A stretch of 64,000 nucleotides of DNA. It comes from an uncultured candidatus Porisulfidus sp. Its GTDB lineage: Bacteria > Pseudomonadota > Gammaproteobacteria > Poriferisulfidales > Poriferisulfidaceae. The DNA lies in contig OZ220480.1 of the NCBI GenBank assembly GCA_965116025.1, positions 992,001 through 1,056,000 on the forward strand, in the 5' to 3' direction. This document shows positions 29,942 through 40,579 of this stretch, one piece after another. Position numbers and translations under genes: made by a program. The first letter of the stretch is position 1. Every line of letters starts with the position of its first letter. Under the pieces are notes generated by a model, which was not told the origin of the DNA, searched no databases, and was given only the letters and a program-made list of their open reading frames with translations.

Positions 29942-30720
29942 GCCAAGGCGCCTTCGGTCGGGCTGGAACTGGAGGCGAAGCGGCGTTTCGGCATGCGTCC
30001 GGAGCGCCACGCGAGGCGTCCCGCCTCGACCGCCAGACGCATGGCCCGGGCCATGCTCGCGGGATCGCCCGCTTCGGCGATGGCCGTGTTCATCAGCACG
30101 CCGTCGCATCCGAGCTCCATCGCTATGGCGGCGTCGGAGGCGGTGCCGACTCCGGCGTCCACCAGAATGGGCGTGGAGGCTTCCTCAAGAATGATCTTGA
30201 GGTTTTCTGGATTGCGTATGCCTTGGCCCGATCCGATTGGCGCGGCCAAGGGCATCACGGCGACGCAACCGATTTCCGCCAGCCGCCGCGCGGCGATGGG
30301 GTCGTCGCTGGTGTACGCCATCACGTCGAAGCCCTCCGCGACCAGGGTCTCGGCCGCGGACAGGGTTCGCGCGACGTCCGGGTACAGGGTGCGCGGGTCG
30401 CCTAGCACCTCCAGCTTGACCAGTTCGCGCCCGTCGAGCAGCTCGCGGGCCAGCCGGCAAACGCGGATGGCGTCCTCGGCGGTGTAGCAACCCGCGGTGT
30501 TCGGCAGAATGGTGTATTCGTCCGGTGGCAGCGCGTCCAGCAGGTTGGGCGCGTCCGGGTCTTGGCCGATGTTGCTGCGGCGCAGGGCCACGGTCACGAT
30601 TTCCGCGCCCGAGGCGGCGACCGCGGCGCGGGTTTGCTCCAGGTCCCTGTATTTTCCGGTGCCGACCAGCAGGCGGGACGTGTAGGAGCGCCCGGCGAGG
30701 ATTAGCGGATCGTCGGTCAC
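29938..30720 (-). CDS. thiG: Thiazole synthase
   Basis: [44 protein letters not shown]. Confidence 0.95.
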   Translation of the reverse strand: MTDDPLILAGRSYTSRLLVGTGKYRDLEQTRAAVAASGAEIVTVALRRSNIGQDPDAPNLLDALPPDEYTILPNTAGCYTAEDAIRVCRLARELLDGRELVKLEVLGDPRTLYPDVARTLSAAETLVAEGFDVMAYTSDDPIAARRLAEIGCVAVMPLAAPIGSGQGIRNPENLKIILEEASTPILVDAGVGTASDAAIAMELGCDGVLMNTAIAEAGDPASMARAMRLAVEAGRLAWRSGRMPKRRFASSSSPTEGALA

Positions 30721-30721
30721 G

Positions 30722-30919
30722 TCAGCCCCCTCCGATCGCCCGCACGATCTCGATGGAGTCGCCGTCGCGCAGGGCATGCTCCGCCCAGCGGGAACGCGGC
30801 ACGACCGCGTGGTTGACCTCCAGCGCGACGCGCCCCTCCACGCGCAAGCGCCGCGTCAGCCCCTCGACCGTGATCGCCTCGGGGAGGGCGTGGGCCTTTC
30901 CGTTGACGGTGACGCGCAT
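30722..30919 (-). CDS. thiS: Sulfur carrier protein ThiS
   Basis: MRVTVNG..., C-terminal [10 protein letters not shown]; upstream of thiG. Confidence 0.92.
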   Translation of the reverse strand: MRVTVNGKAHALPEAITVEGLTRRLRVEGRVALEVNHAVVPRSRWAEHALRDGDSIEIVRAIGGG

Positions 30920-30924
30920 GTCTC

Positions 30925-31320
30925 TCAGGACAATTGCTCCGTCAGTTCCGGGAGGCTGAACGTACCGTACACGGTTTTTAATTTTCCGTCCTCGACCACG
31001 ATGTAGTCGCAACCCCGGATCGTCACGGATTTCCCGGTCGCCGGCGTCTCTCCCAGCGGTCCTTGGTGGGTGCCGAACAGCAGCCACGGAACGGCGATCT
31101 GCCCGATGCTGGTTTCCGCCTGAGAAATCAGTTCCAGCCTCAGGTCGGGAAACGCGGCGAACAGTCCCTCGGCGTAGTCGCCGATCGCCCGCCCCGAAAG
31201 CGGGATCTCGGTGGCGGGGTCTTGGTACGTTCCGTCTTCCGCGTACAGGTCGATCACGGCTTGGGAATCGTGAGCGTCCCACGCCGCGAAATACGCCTCG
31301 ATCACTTCTTTTGGATTCAT
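30925..31320 (-). CDS. SnoaL-like / NTF2-fold (ester cyclase family) protein
   Basis: YFAAWDAHD, YAEDGTYQDP, FAAFPDL, GTHQG, PATGKSV. Confidence 0.8.
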   Translation of the reverse strand: MNPKEVIEAYFAAWDAHDSQAVIDLYAEDGTYQDPATEIPLSGRAIGDYAEGLFAAFPDLRLELISQAETSIGQIAVPWLLFGTHQGPLGETPATGKSVTIRGCDYIVVEDGKLKTVYGTFSLPELTEQLS

Positions 31321-32618
31321 TTCTCTCCTCTGGTGATGGTGCCCAGAGCCTGGTCCAGGTCGGCGATGATGTCGTCGACGTCCTCGATTCCGATGGACAA
31401 GCGGATGACCTCCGGTCCCGCGCTCGCCGCGGTCTTCTGCTCGTCGCTGAGCTGGCGGTGCGTGGTGGAGGCTGGGTGCACGATCAGCGAGCGCGTGTCG
31501 CCGATGTTGGCGAGGTGCGAGAGCAGTTTCACGCTCTCGACGACCTTCACGCCGCTTTCATAGCCGCCGCGCACTCCAAAAGTGAAGACCGATCCGGCGC
31601 CTTCTGGGCAATAGCGCTGGGCCAGTTCATGGTAGGGGCTGGACGGCAGGCCCGCGTAGGACACCCATTCCACTTTCGGATGCCGCTCCAGCCATCGCGC
31701 GACCTCCAGCGCGTTGTCGCAATGCTGGCGCACGCGCAGCGGCAAGGTCTCGATCCCGGTCAGCGTTAGGTAGGCGTTCATCGGCGACATGGTCGGGCCG
31801 AGGTCGCGCAGGCTTACCGCGATGGAGTAGACCGTGTAGGCGAGTTTCCCGAATTTGTCCACGAACGACATCCCGTGGTAAGCCGGGTTCGGGTCGGTCA
31901 GGTGGGCGTAGCGGTCGCTCGCGGACCAGTCGAAATTTCCGGAATCGATGACCGCGCCCCCGACCGCGTTGCCATGGCCAGACAGAAACTTGGTGGTGGA
32001 GTGGACCACCAGATCGGCGCCGTGATCAATCGGATTGCATAGCGCCGGCGTCGCCAGCGTGTTGTCGATGATCAGCGGAACGCCATGCTCGCGCGCCGCG
32101 TCGGCGAGGCCCCGAACGTCGCACATCGTGCCGCCCGGATTGGCCAAGCTCTCGCTGAAGACGGCGCGGGTGCGCTCGTTGCAGGCCCGACGGACGTTGT
32201 CCGGATCGTCCGGGTCGACGAACGCGACCTTCCAGCCGAAACGGTCGAAGGAGTGCCCGAACTGCGTGATCGAGCCGCCGTACAGCTTGTTGGACGCGAC
32301 GAACTCGTCGCCCGCTCTCATCAGGCCGAACAGGGCCAGCATTTGCGCGGAATGGCCAGAGGCCGTGCACACCGCGCCCACTCCTCCTTCCAGGTCGGCC
32401 ATGCGGTCCTGCAGCGCGCTGACCGTGGGGTTGGTCAGGCGCGAATAGATGAAACCCGCCTCGTCCAGGTTGAACAGCCGGGCGGCGTGCTCGACGTCCT
32501 GAAAGACGAAGGCGGCCGACTGATGGATGGGAGCGACCCGGGCGCCGGTGGCTGGGTCCGGCGCGGCTCCGGCGTGGATGGCTCGGGTTCGCAGGCCGTA
32601 GGGCTTGGTCGCGCTCAT
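31317..32618 (-). CDS. metY: O-acetylhomoserine aminocarboxypropyltransferase (sulfhydrylase)
   Basis: YSRLTNPT, DNTLATP, HSTTKFLSGHG, HLANIGD.RSLIVHPASTTH. Confidence 0.88.
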   Translation of the reverse strand: MSATKPYGLRTRAIHAGAAPDPATGARVAPIHQSAAFVFQDVEHAARLFNLDEAGFIYSRLTNPTVSALQDRMADLEGGVGAVCTASGHSAQMLALFGLMRAGDEFVASNKLYGGSITQFGHSFDRFGWKVAFVDPDDPDNVRRACNERTRAVFSESLANPGGTMCDVRGLADAAREHGVPLIIDNTLATPALCNPIDHGADLVVHSTTKFLSGHGNAVGGAVIDSGNFDWSASDRYAHLTDPNPAYHGMSFVDKFGKLAYTVYSIAVSLRDLGPTMSPMNAYLTLTGIETLPLRVRQHCDNALEVARWLERHPKVEWVSYAGLPSSPYHELAQRYCPEGAGSVFTFGVRGGYESGVKVVESVKLLSHLANIGDTRSLIVHPASTTHRQLSDEQKTAASAGPEVIRLSIGIEDVDDIIADLDQALGTITRGEK

Positions 32619-32636
32619 GTCTCGAACTCCTAATCT

Positions 32637-33176
32637 TTATGAAGGGCGATTCGCTTCGTGGCGATTCTTGGTTTCCACGTAGTGGGCCGCCGAGTACCGC
32701 AGGAACTCGATCTCCTCGGGACTCAGGTCGCGCAACTTTCGGGCTGGGCTCCCGATCCAGAGGCCTCCTCCCTCAAGGCGCCTGCCGGGCGGCACCAGAC
32801 ACCCGGCTCCAATCATGCTTTCGGTCTCAATGACGGCCCCGTCCAGAATGATCGAGCCCATCCCGATCAGGCATCGGTCGCCGATCTCGCAGGCGTGGGC
32901 GATGACCCGGTGGCCCACCGTCACGTCGTCTCCGATACTGACGGCGTATCCCCCGGGAGAGTATTCGCAATCGTGCGTGACGTGCACGACGCTGCCGTCC
33001 TGGATGTTGGTTCGAGCCCCGATTCGAATCGAGTGGACGTCCCCGCGCAAGACGGTCATGGGCCAGACCGAGCTGTCGTCGCCCAAGCGAACGTCTCCGA
33101 TCACCAGCGCCCGCTCGTCGACATAGGCGGTATCGGCGATGTTGGGCGTTCGGCCCTCGAATGTTCGGATGCTCAT
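32637..33176 (-). CDS. Gamma carbonic anhydrase family protein (YrdA-like)
   Basis: VIGDV, LRGDV, TNIQDG.V.HVTH, VTVGH, hexapeptide repeats; start ATG 33176. Confidence 0.9.
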   Translation of the reverse strand: MSIRTFEGRTPNIADTAYVDERALVIGDVRLGDDSSVWPMTVLRGDVHSIRIGARTNIQDGSVVHVTHDCEYSPGGYAVSIGDDVTVGHRVIAHACEIGDRCLIGMGSIILDGAVIETESMIGAGCLVPPGRRLEGGGLWIGSPARKLRDLSPEEIEFLRYSAAHYVETKNRHEANRPS

Positions 33177-33198
33177 GAAAAAGCGGGGCAAGGACCGA

Positions 33199-34434
33199 TT
33201 ATACGGACGAGAACCTTTTTTCCACGTAATCGCGCAGCATTCCCTGGAATTCCTCGGCGATTCTCTCTCCGCTGAGGGTTCGCGCCCGCTCTCCATCCAC
33301 GTATACCGGGGCGCTCGGGTTCTCGTTGGAGCCTGGCAAGCTGATCCCGATATCGGCATGCCGGCTCTCGCCCGGGCCGTTGACGACGCAACCCATCACC
33401 GCCACGTTCAGGTTCTCGACTCCCGGGTAGCGCTTTTTCCACGCGGGCATCTGCTCGGCGATATAGCGCTCGATGTCTCGCGCCAGGCGCTGGAAATAGT
33501 CGCTGCTGGTCCGACCGCAACCCGGACAGGCCGTCACCGCGGGCATGAAGTGGCGGAGGCCGAGACTCTGCAGCAGGTCGCAGGCGACCCGAACCTCCCC
33601 GGTTCTCTTTCCACCGGGCTCGGGAGTCAGCGAAACCCGAAGGGTATCCCCGATCCCGCGTTGCAGGAGCAAGGCGAGCGCCGCGCTGCTGGAGACGATG
33701 GCGCGGGTGCCCATGCCGGCCTCGGTCAGTCCCAGGTGCAACGGATAGTCGCAACGCCGGGCCAGCTCGGCATACGCCTGGACGACTAGAGAGACCCGGC
33801 TCATCTTGCACGACAGCACGATAGCGTCATGCGGCAGGCCGATCTCCTCGGCTTGGGCGGCGCTGCGCAAGGCCGACTGAACCATGGCCTCCCGCTGCAC
33901 CTCGGTGGCGTCCCGGGGGACATCGAGCTTGGCGTTCTCGTCCATCAGCTCGGTCAGCAGGGCTGGGTCGAGGCTTCCCCAGTTGACGCCGATCCGCACG
34001 GGTTTCCGATGGCGGCAGGCGAGCTCGATGAACTGGGCGAAGTGGGGGTCGCGCGAGCTGCCGCGCCCGACGTTGCCCGGATTGACGCGGTATTTGTCCA
34101 GCGCCTGGGCGCATTCCGGGAACTCCGCCAGAAGCTTGTGCCCGTTGTAGTGGAAGTCCCCGATCAATGGCACGGTGACGCCAAGAACTTCCAGTCGCTC
34201 GCGAACGCGCGGGACGGCCGCCGCCGCGGCCCGGTCGTTGACGGTCAGCCGAACCAGCTCGGACCCGGATCGCGCCAGCTCCCCGACTTGCGCGACCGTC
34301 GCCGCGACATTGGCGGTAGGCGTGTCGGTCATGGATTGCACGGCGACGGGATGCGTGGAGCCAAGCATGACCGAGCCGACGCGCACGGCGACGGTCTCGC
34401 GGCGGGAAGAGAAGACGGGATTTGGAGCGTTCAC
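33199..34434 (-). CDS. ispG: (E)-4-hydroxy-3-methylbut-2-enyl-diphosphate synthase
   Basis: [46 protein letters not shown]. Confidence 0.95.
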   Translation of the reverse strand: MNAPNPVFSSRRETVAVRVGSVMLGSTHPVAVQSMTDTPTANVAATVAQVGELARSGSELVRLTVNDRAAAAAVPRVRERLEVLGVTVPLIGDFHYNGHKLLAEFPECAQALDKYRVNPGNVGRGSSRDPHFAQFIELACRHRKPVRIGVNWGSLDPALLTELMDENAKLDVPRDATEVQREAMVQSALRSAAQAEEIGLPHDAIVLSCKMSRVSLVVQAYAELARRCDYPLHLGLTEAGMGTRAIVSSSAALALLLQRGIGDTLRVSLTPEPGGKRTGEVRVACDLLQSLGLRHFMPAVTACPGCGRTSSDYFQRLARDIERYIAEQMPAWKKRYPGVENLNVAVMGCVVNGPGESRHADIGISLPGSNENPSAPVYVDGERARTLSGERIAEEFQGMLRDYVEKRFSSV

Positions 34435-34490
34435 TGGGTGCGAGTAAGATTCCGCGCGATTCTCGCGGCGTTCGCCAGAAATTATATGTG

Positions 34491-35171
34491 ATGCGCTCCC
34501 ATTCGCGCGGCGTGCTCGTTACCGGAACCGATACCGGAGTCGGAAAGACTTGGGTGGCGGCCCGCTTGATTCGCGATCTGCGGAGACAGGGGGAGGACCC
34601 GCGCCCCCTGAAACCCGTCGAATCGGGATGCGTGGAGGTCGCGGGAACGCTGCGCGCCCGGGACGCGGAGGTGTTGCGCGCGGCGGCGCGGCTGGCCGAA
34701 TCGGAGCCGGTCGCGCTACGAAAGCTACGCGCTCCGATCGCGCCCATGCTGGCGGCGCGGCGGGAAGGGGTCCCGATCTGGATGCGAGACTTGATCGACT
34801 TTTGCCATCGCGATGGAGCGCTGGTCGTCGAGGGCGCGGGAGGGTGGAGAACTCCCTTGGCCGAGGACGGAGACGCGCAATCTCTCGCCATGAGTCTGGG
34901 ATTGCCGGTTCTGGTGGTGGTCGAGGATCGCTTGGGCGCCATCAACCAAGGTCTGCTGACTTGCGAGGCGGTGCGAGAGTCGGGCGCTCGCCTCGCGGGC
35001 GTCGTGCTCAACCGAATCAAGTCTAAAAAGGAGAGCTTCGGGAACTTTCCCGTTCTTGAGGGCGCTCTGGACGGAACGCCGATTTGGCGGACCGGACCCG
35101 GAGTTTGGCTCGACGAGAGGCGGGCGCGTCATCTGATCTCGACGTTCTTGACGATCCCGGCAGGCCGCTGA
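34491..35171 (+). CDS. bioD: Dethiobiotin synthase
   Basis: [28 protein letters not shown]. Confidence 0.92.
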   Translation: MRSHSRGVLVTGTDTGVGKTWVAARLIRDLRRQGEDPRPLKPVESGCVEVAGTLRARDAEVLRAAARLAESEPVALRKLRAPIAPMLAARREGVPIWMRDLIDFCHRDGALVVEGAGGWRTPLAEDGDAQSLAMSLGLPVLVVVEDRLGAINQGLLTCEAVRESGARLAGVVLNRIKSKKESFGNFPVLEGALDGTPIWRTGPGVWLDERRARHLISTFLTIPAGR

Positions 35172-35986
35172 TGCCCGAACTGCCGGAAGTGGAGACGGCG
35201 CGGCGCGGGATCGCGCCATACCTGGTCGGAGAAGAGGTCGACCGGATGGTCATTCGGCAACGTCGGTTGCGCTGGACGATCAGCCGGGCGCTCCCGGACG
35301 CGGTCGAGAATCAGCGCGTCCGGACGGTCCGGCGTCGCGCCAAATATCTGCTGATCGAGTTGGCGGCGGGACACTTGATCTGGCATCTCGGCATGTCGGG
35401 CTCGTTGCGGGCGCTTCGGGACCCGCCCGCGCCAGGGCCCCACGACCATGTGGATCTGCGCTTGAAAAATGGCGCGGTCCTGCGGTTTCGAGATCCGCGT
35501 CGATTCGGGAGCCTGCACTGGACTCGCGCCGACCCCGCGCGGCATCGATTGCTGAAAGACCTCGGACCGGAGCCGCTGGGCGAGGAGTTCGGCGGAGATT
35601 GGATGTACGCCCGGTCGCGCGGACGCTCGGTCGCGGTCAAGAACTTCCTGATGGACTCGCGGGTGGTCGCGGGGATGGGCAACATCTACGCGAACGAGGC
35701 CTTGTTTCGGGCGGGAATCTCGCCGGTCCGCGCGGCGGGGAGAATCGGGAGGGATCGCTATCGAGATCTCGCCAAGGCGATGAGGACGGTGCTGGAACAG
35801 GCGATCCGGGCCGGAGGGACGACGTTGCGAGATTTCGCGAAAGCGGAGGGAGAGCCGGGGTATTTCGCCCAAGAGCTCCAAGTCTACGGACGCGCGAGCG
35901 AGGCGTGCCCCCGGTGCGGAGGACTGTTGCGCGGTCGAAGAATCGGCCAGCGCTCAAGCGTCTATTGCCCGCGGTGCCAGACCTGA
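35171..35986 (+). CDS. mutM: Formamidopyrimidine-DNA glycosylase
   Basis: [31 protein letters not shown]-terminal zinc finger. Confidence 0.96.
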   Translation: MPELPEVETARRGIAPYLVGEEVDRMVIRQRRLRWTISRALPDAVENQRVRTVRRRAKYLLIELAAGHLIWHLGMSGSLRALRDPPAPGPHDHVDLRLKNGAVLRFRDPRRFGSLHWTRADPARHRLLKDLGPEPLGEEFGGDWMYARSRGRSVAVKNFLMDSRVVAGMGNIYANEALFRAGISPVRAAGRIGRDRYRDLAKAMRTVLEQAIRAGGTTLRDFAKAEGEPGYFAQELQVYGRASEACPRCGGLLRGRRIGQRSSVYCPRCQT

Positions 35987-36004
35987 AGACGGCGCTTTGG
36001 CCGA

Positions 36005-36988
36005 TCAGGCTTCGGAGCGTTCCAACCTTCGCGCTCGGTCGGCTCTCTCCTTTTCCACCTCGTACAAGGAAGACGGAAGAGGAAACCGCACGTTCTCCTC
36101 GATTCCGTCCATCGTGGAAATTTCCAGCTCCGCGTGCTCGCGCAGCGTCGTGATCAGATCCTGCACCAGTTCCTCGGGGGTCGACGCGCCGGCGGTGATT
36201 CCGACCGTCTCTTTTCCGCGCAACCACTTGGGGTCGATTTTCTTGGGATCCTCGACCAGATAGCTCGGGACCCCGCTGTCGTTCCCGACTTCGCACAAGC
36301 GATTCGAGTTGGAGCTGTTTCTCGCCCCCACCACGAGGATCAGGTCCACTTGGGTCGCGAGAGCGCGCACCGCGGCCTGGCGGTTCTGGGTGGCGTAGCA
36401 GATGTCCTTGATGTCGGGCCCGGCGATTTTCGGGAAACGTCTCCGCAAGGCATCGATGATCTCCCGGGTATCGTCGACGGACAGGGTCGTCTGCGTGATG
36501 TAGGCGACCTTGTCGGGGTTGCGGATCTCTAGGGTTTCCACGTCCTCCACGCTACTGATCAGCAACACCGCTCCCTGGATCTGTCCGAGAGTTCCCTCGA
36601 CCTCGGGGTGGTTCTCATGCCCGATCAGGATGATATCGTAATCTTGGTCGGCGTAGCGCTTTCCCTGCTTATGCACTTTCGAGACTAAGGGGCATGTGGC
36701 GTCGATCGCCTGCAGGTCCCGCCGCGCGGCGGCTTGCTCAACTTTCTGGGAGACGCCGTGCGCGCTGAACACGGCGATCGCGTCGTCGGGGATCTGGTCG
36801 AGCTCTTCCACGAACTTAACGCCTTTCGCCTTCAGATTTTCCACGACGCGTCGGTTGTGGACGATCTCGTGCCGGACGTAAATCGGCGGGCTATAGAAAT
36901 TCAATGCCTCCTCGACGATCTCGATGGCCCGGTCGACTCCGGCGCAAAATCCGCGCGGCTTGGCCAAGACAACTTTCATCATTCTCAT
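36005..36988 (-). CDS. ispH: 4-hydroxy-3-methylbut-2-enyl diphosphate reductase
   Basis: [41 protein letters not shown]. Confidence 0.96.
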   Translation of the reverse strand: MRMMKVVLAKPRGFCAGVDRAIEIVEEALNFYSPPIYVRHEIVHNRRVVENLKAKGVKFVEELDQIPDDAIAVFSAHGVSQKVEQAAARRDLQAIDATCPLVSKVHKQGKRYADQDYDIILIGHENHPEVEGTLGQIQGAVLLISSVEDVETLEIRNPDKVAYITQTTLSVDDTREIIDALRRRFPKIAGPDIKDICYATQNRQAAVRALATQVDLILVVGARNSSNSNRLCEVGNDSGVPSYLVEDPKKIDPKWLRGKETVGITAGASTPEELVQDLITTLREHAELEISTMDGIEENVRFPLPSSLYEVEKERADRARRLERSEA

Positions 36989-37243
36989 TTTCCCGGATTC
37001 TTCACGCTCTGCGCCCGCGCCCGGAAATACACTCTACACTAAACCCGGTTTTTTCCGCTATCCATGCGGAGCCCGCGAGGGCGGGCTCGCCGTTCTCGCA
37101 TCGCTCGCGGGCCTTCTCCCACGGCGCGGATTCTCTCCATGGATATGGAGGGACTGGTCGTCGCCTGATCCTCGCCCTTGGTTCCTTGGCCTTTAGTTGA
37201 CACTGGCAGCGTCCATACCGGAATATCCGTCGACCTTTTCGCG

Positions 37244-38335
37244 CTACGGGACGTGCCGCGGTCCCGACCGGGTTCGCTGGAGAAAACCCATTCTGGAACG
37301 AGGGAGGCGGAGCGTCAGCGTCTGGAACAGCAGTTTCAAGACGACGTTCGAGCGAGCCGTGACGCTGGTGACCGAAACGACGGTCCGCACGTCGCGGCGC
37401 GAGATCTTCACTTCCCGCCCGCTCTGGAAAGCGGGACTCGCGTGGATGCGGCGCAGGGTCAGGACGGCCATTCCCAGCGCCCACAGGCAATGCAGGCGAA
37501 TGCCGGTCTCGTGGCGCGGGATGAGGGTGACGTACCGCAACGCGTTCGCCAAATGGTGGCGGGCGACCGCGACCAGCTCGAACAGGCCTTTGGCGAACGC
37601 GGGGCTGGATTCTTCGGTGGACAGGCGACTTAGGTCGTAGCCCGCCGCGCGGAAGACGTCGCGCGGCAACCAGCATGCCCCGCGCCGATGGTCCTCCCAA
37701 ACGTCCTTGAGAATATTGGTCATCTGCAACCCTTGCCCGAAAGAGACCGCCAAGGCGAGCAACTCCTCGCGCCGCTCGTCGATTTCCGAGGAATAGTCGC
37801 AGAAAAGCTCGGTCAGCATCTCGCCGACCACGCCAGCGACGTAATAGCAATACTGGTCCATGCCGGACAGGTCGTCCAGACCATCGGGAGTCGCGTTTCG
37901 CTGAAACTCGGACATGCCACGCGCCATGATTCGCACGCAACGACCAAGGATCTCTCTCTGGGCGGGGCGGAAGCCGTGGGTGATCCGAATGACCCGATCC
38001 GTGTTGGAGATCAGGTCATGCTCGTCTTCCGTGGTCGAGGAAGATAGCGACAGCCCCAGATCTCGGGCGAAAGGTTCCGGATGTTCTTGATCCGCGATGA
38101 TCTTGATGAATCGCTCCGAGAAGGCGCGTTTTCGCTCCGCGGACAGACGGGGCTCGTCCTCGATGGTGTCCGCGATGCGGCACAGAAGATAGGCGTTGCC
38201 CACCACGTCGCGCAACGCCGCGGGGAGGCGGGGGATGGTGAGGGCGAAGGTGCGGGAGACTCCCTGCAGGATTTTTTCTTGGTAAGCGAGGTCGCCAGTG
38301 CCGCCGGTCGGTCTTTTTGGCATGGAAGAGGACAT
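37244..38335 (-). CDS. Squalene/phytoene synthase family, single-enzyme squalene synthase-like
   Basis: VSRTF, YLLCRIADTIED, YCYYVAGVVG, GLQMTNILKD. Confidence 0.8.
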   Translation of the reverse strand: MSSSMPKRPTGGTGDLAYQEKILQGVSRTFALTIPRLPAALRDVVGNAYLLCRIADTIEDEPRLSAERKRAFSERFIKIIADQEHPEPFARDLGLSLSSSTTEDEHDLISNTDRVIRITHGFRPAQREILGRCVRIMARGMSEFQRNATPDGLDDLSGMDQYCYYVAGVVGEMLTELFCDYSSEIDERREELLALAVSFGQGLQMTNILKDVWEDHRRGACWLPRDVFRAAGYDLSRLSTEESSPAFAKGLFELVAVARHHLANALRYVTLIPRHETGIRLHCLWALGMAVLTLRRIHASPAFQSGREVKISRRDVRTVVSVTSVTARSNVVLKLLFQTLTLRLPRSRMGFLQRTRSGPRHVP

Positions 38336-38390
38336 GGGGTTTCAGGCGACTGGCTCTATGGCCGCGCGCGACCGTCATGATTCTCGCGCT

Positions 38391-39287
38391 TCACGTGGCG
38401 CGAGAGCGTTTGGCGGTCTTTCCGCTCTCGGAGCCAGCGGTGAGCCAGCGGCCAAGCGCGCGCAACGGGTCCGCCCGGTCTCCAAAAACGTCCAGCGCCC
38501 GCGACGCCTCCTCGCCCAGTTCGGAGAGTCGCTCGCGACTTTCTTGAGCGCCCAGAAGGACGGGATAGGTGGGACGCATGCCATCTTTCGCGAGCAGGGC
38601 GTCTTCTTCCATATCCTCCAGATCGTCGCGGATCTGGAACGCCAGGCCGATCGCTTTTCCGTACGTATCCAGCGCGTTCCGACGCGCGCGCTCGACCCGC
38701 GCCAGCTCGGTTGGCAACATGACCGCGGCATGGAACAGACACCCGGTCTTGAGCCGATACACCTGATCGAGAAAATCGATGCCGCACTCCGTCATGCGCT
38801 CCAGTTCCATATCCATCTGCTGGCCTCCCACCATTCCCAGCGAGCCCGCCGCCTCGCACAGGCGCTCGACTCCCGCGCCGCGCTGGGCGTCGGACGATTC
38901 CGGATCACCCGCCACCTCGACGATGGCGCGCATGAGCAGAGCGTTGCCCGCCATCAAGGCCGTCGCCTCTCCGTACGCCGCATGACAGGAGGGCCGCCCT
39001 CGCCGCCTGTCGTCATCGTCCATGCAGGGCAAGTCGTCGTGCACCAGGGAATAGGCGTGCACCAATTCCAGCGCGCAGGCCAGGCGGTCGAGTCGTTCCG
39101 GCCCGATCCCCAAAGCCTGGCCAGAGGCATAGACGAGACCGCCCCGAACGCATTTTCCGGGAACTAGCGCGCTATGCCGCATGGCCGCGTGCAGTTTCGT
39201 GGGAGGGGTGTTCGCGCTCGGCAGGATTTTCTCTAGCCGGTCGATGATGCGCTGGCGTGAGGGAGCGAGCAGTGCGGCTGGATTCAT
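38391..39287 (-). CDS. ispA: Farnesyl diphosphate synthase (polyprenyl synthetase)
   Basis: HAYSLVHDDLPCMDDDD.RRG, GGQQMD, KTG, GLAFQIRDD. Confidence 0.85.
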   Translation of the reverse strand: MNPAALLAPSRQRIIDRLEKILPSANTPPTKLHAAMRHSALVPGKCVRGGLVYASGQALGIGPERLDRLACALELVHAYSLVHDDLPCMDDDDRRRGRPSCHAAYGEATALMAGNALLMRAIVEVAGDPESSDAQRGAGVERLCEAAGSLGMVGGQQMDMELERMTECGIDFLDQVYRLKTGCLFHAAVMLPTELARVERARRNALDTYGKAIGLAFQIRDDLEDMEEDALLAKDGMRPTYPVLLGAQESRERLSELGEEASRALDVFGDRADPLRALGRWLTAGSESGKTAKRSRAT

Positions 39288-39626
39288 GATGGACGGTCTC
39301 TGGAGCGTGGATTAGAAGCGATGGTTCGGGCGCGTTGGGGGAAAACCGTCACCGGCCTCTCCGGTTAATGCCCAACGGCGGCTCTCGTGATAGCCGCCGC
39401 CGTTCTTGGCGCGCGGAATGATGTGATCGATCTCCAGGCTCTAGATGCCCAGTTTCCCGCCGCGGGCGTCGCGCGCCCTTTAAAATGGATCTCTCGGCCC
39501 CGGCCACGTTGATGTTCCTCGCGAGGCGCGAAGGCATGCTCCAGCTATTCAACGACCTCGCGCCGGAGCGAGCGCCTCCGGCAAAAGGGGCGACGCGACG
39601 GGCGCTGAGCGTTTCCTGGCTGGCTT

Positions 39627-39659
39627 TTGGCAACCTGCGCGCTATTGCTATAATAGCGC
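39627..39659 (+). promoter_or_regulatory. Extended -10 promoter with overlapping inverted repeat, upstream of STAS genes
   Basis: TTGGCA-N16-TATAAT with TGn extension; GCGCTATT-N5-AATAGCGC overlaps the -10. Confidence 0.6.
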
Positions 39660-39683
39660 CTCATCACATTTCGGAGAGCCGTC

Positions 39684-40043
39684 ATTTCCGACCACCAGTT
39701 TGAGTTGCGGGACGAGGACGTTCAAGGAGCGCTCGTGATCAGCGTGGCTGGTCGCGTTGATGGCGTGAACGCCCAATCTTTCCAGGAAAGCCTGAATCAG
39801 AAGGCGGACAATTCCAGCGACAGTCAGGCGATCATTCTCGACCTGGAAAGCTTGTCCTACATCAGTAGCGCGGGGTTGCGCGCGATCTTGCTTATCGCCA
39901 AAACGCTCAAGAGCAAGCGCGTGAAGTTCGCGATGTGCTCTCTGCCGGATCCCATAATGGAGATTATCCAGATCACCGGCTTTGACAAGATCATAGACAT
40001 ACATGAGTCGCGCCCAGCGGCGGTCACGGCGACGACCGGATAA
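39684..40043 (+). CDS. STAS domain anti-sigma factor antagonist (RsbV/SpoIIAA-like) 1
   Basis: GRVDG.NA, LSYISSAGLR, ITGFD; start probably ATT 39684 (otherwise TTG 39705). Confidence 0.88.
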   Translation: MSDHQFELRDEDVQGALVISVAGRVDGVNAQSFQESLNQKADNSSDSQAIILDLESLSYISSAGLRAILLIAKTLKSKRVKFAMCSLPDPIMEIIQITGFDKIIDIHESRPAAVTATTG

Positions 40044-40128
40044 ATAACGCCCGTAGAGCGTTGCCAGCGAGCCGGTCACGTCATGCCGCGTTGGCGCGCG
40101 GAGTGGATTTGATGCTTGGAGGCATCGG

Positions 40129-40488
40129 GTGGTTTCTGAGGCTCAATTCGAACTGAAAAGCGAGGAGCGCGGAAGCGCGCTCGTCATTAGCGTGACCGGA
40201 CGGGTGGACGGAATGAACGCCTTCCAATTCCGGGATTCCCTGGAGCGCGGCGTCCAAAGCCATGATGGTTCCGCCGTCGTTCTGGATATGCGGAGTTTGT
40301 CCTATATCAGCAGCGCGGGGTTACGAGCGGTCTTGCTCGTCGCCGAGGCGCTGGGTCGCCAGAGCAAAAAACTCGCGGTGTGCTCGTTGTCCAAATCCAC
40401 CATGGAAGTGATCCAGGCGACCGGTTTCGACAGCATTATCGATGTCTACGTCTCCCGCTCCTCCGCGGTCGACGCGGTCACGCGGTAG
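40129..40488 (+). CDS. STAS domain anti-sigma factor antagonist 2
   Basis: SD GGAGG + GTG; LSYISSAGLR; tandem paralogue of STAS 1. Confidence 0.9.
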   Translation: MVSEAQFELKSEERGSALVISVTGRVDGMNAFQFRDSLERGVQSHDGSAVVLDMRSLSYISSAGLRAVLLVAEALGRQSKKLAVCSLSKSTMEVIQATGFDSIIDVYVSRSSAVDAVTR

Positions 40489-40579
40489 GCGGGCGGCAGG
40501 GGAGCGCGCCTCCCGCTGGTGATCGATCGCGTCCGAAGCTTTTGGGATCGCGTTCGAGGGGAAAGAATGAACTGGCCGC

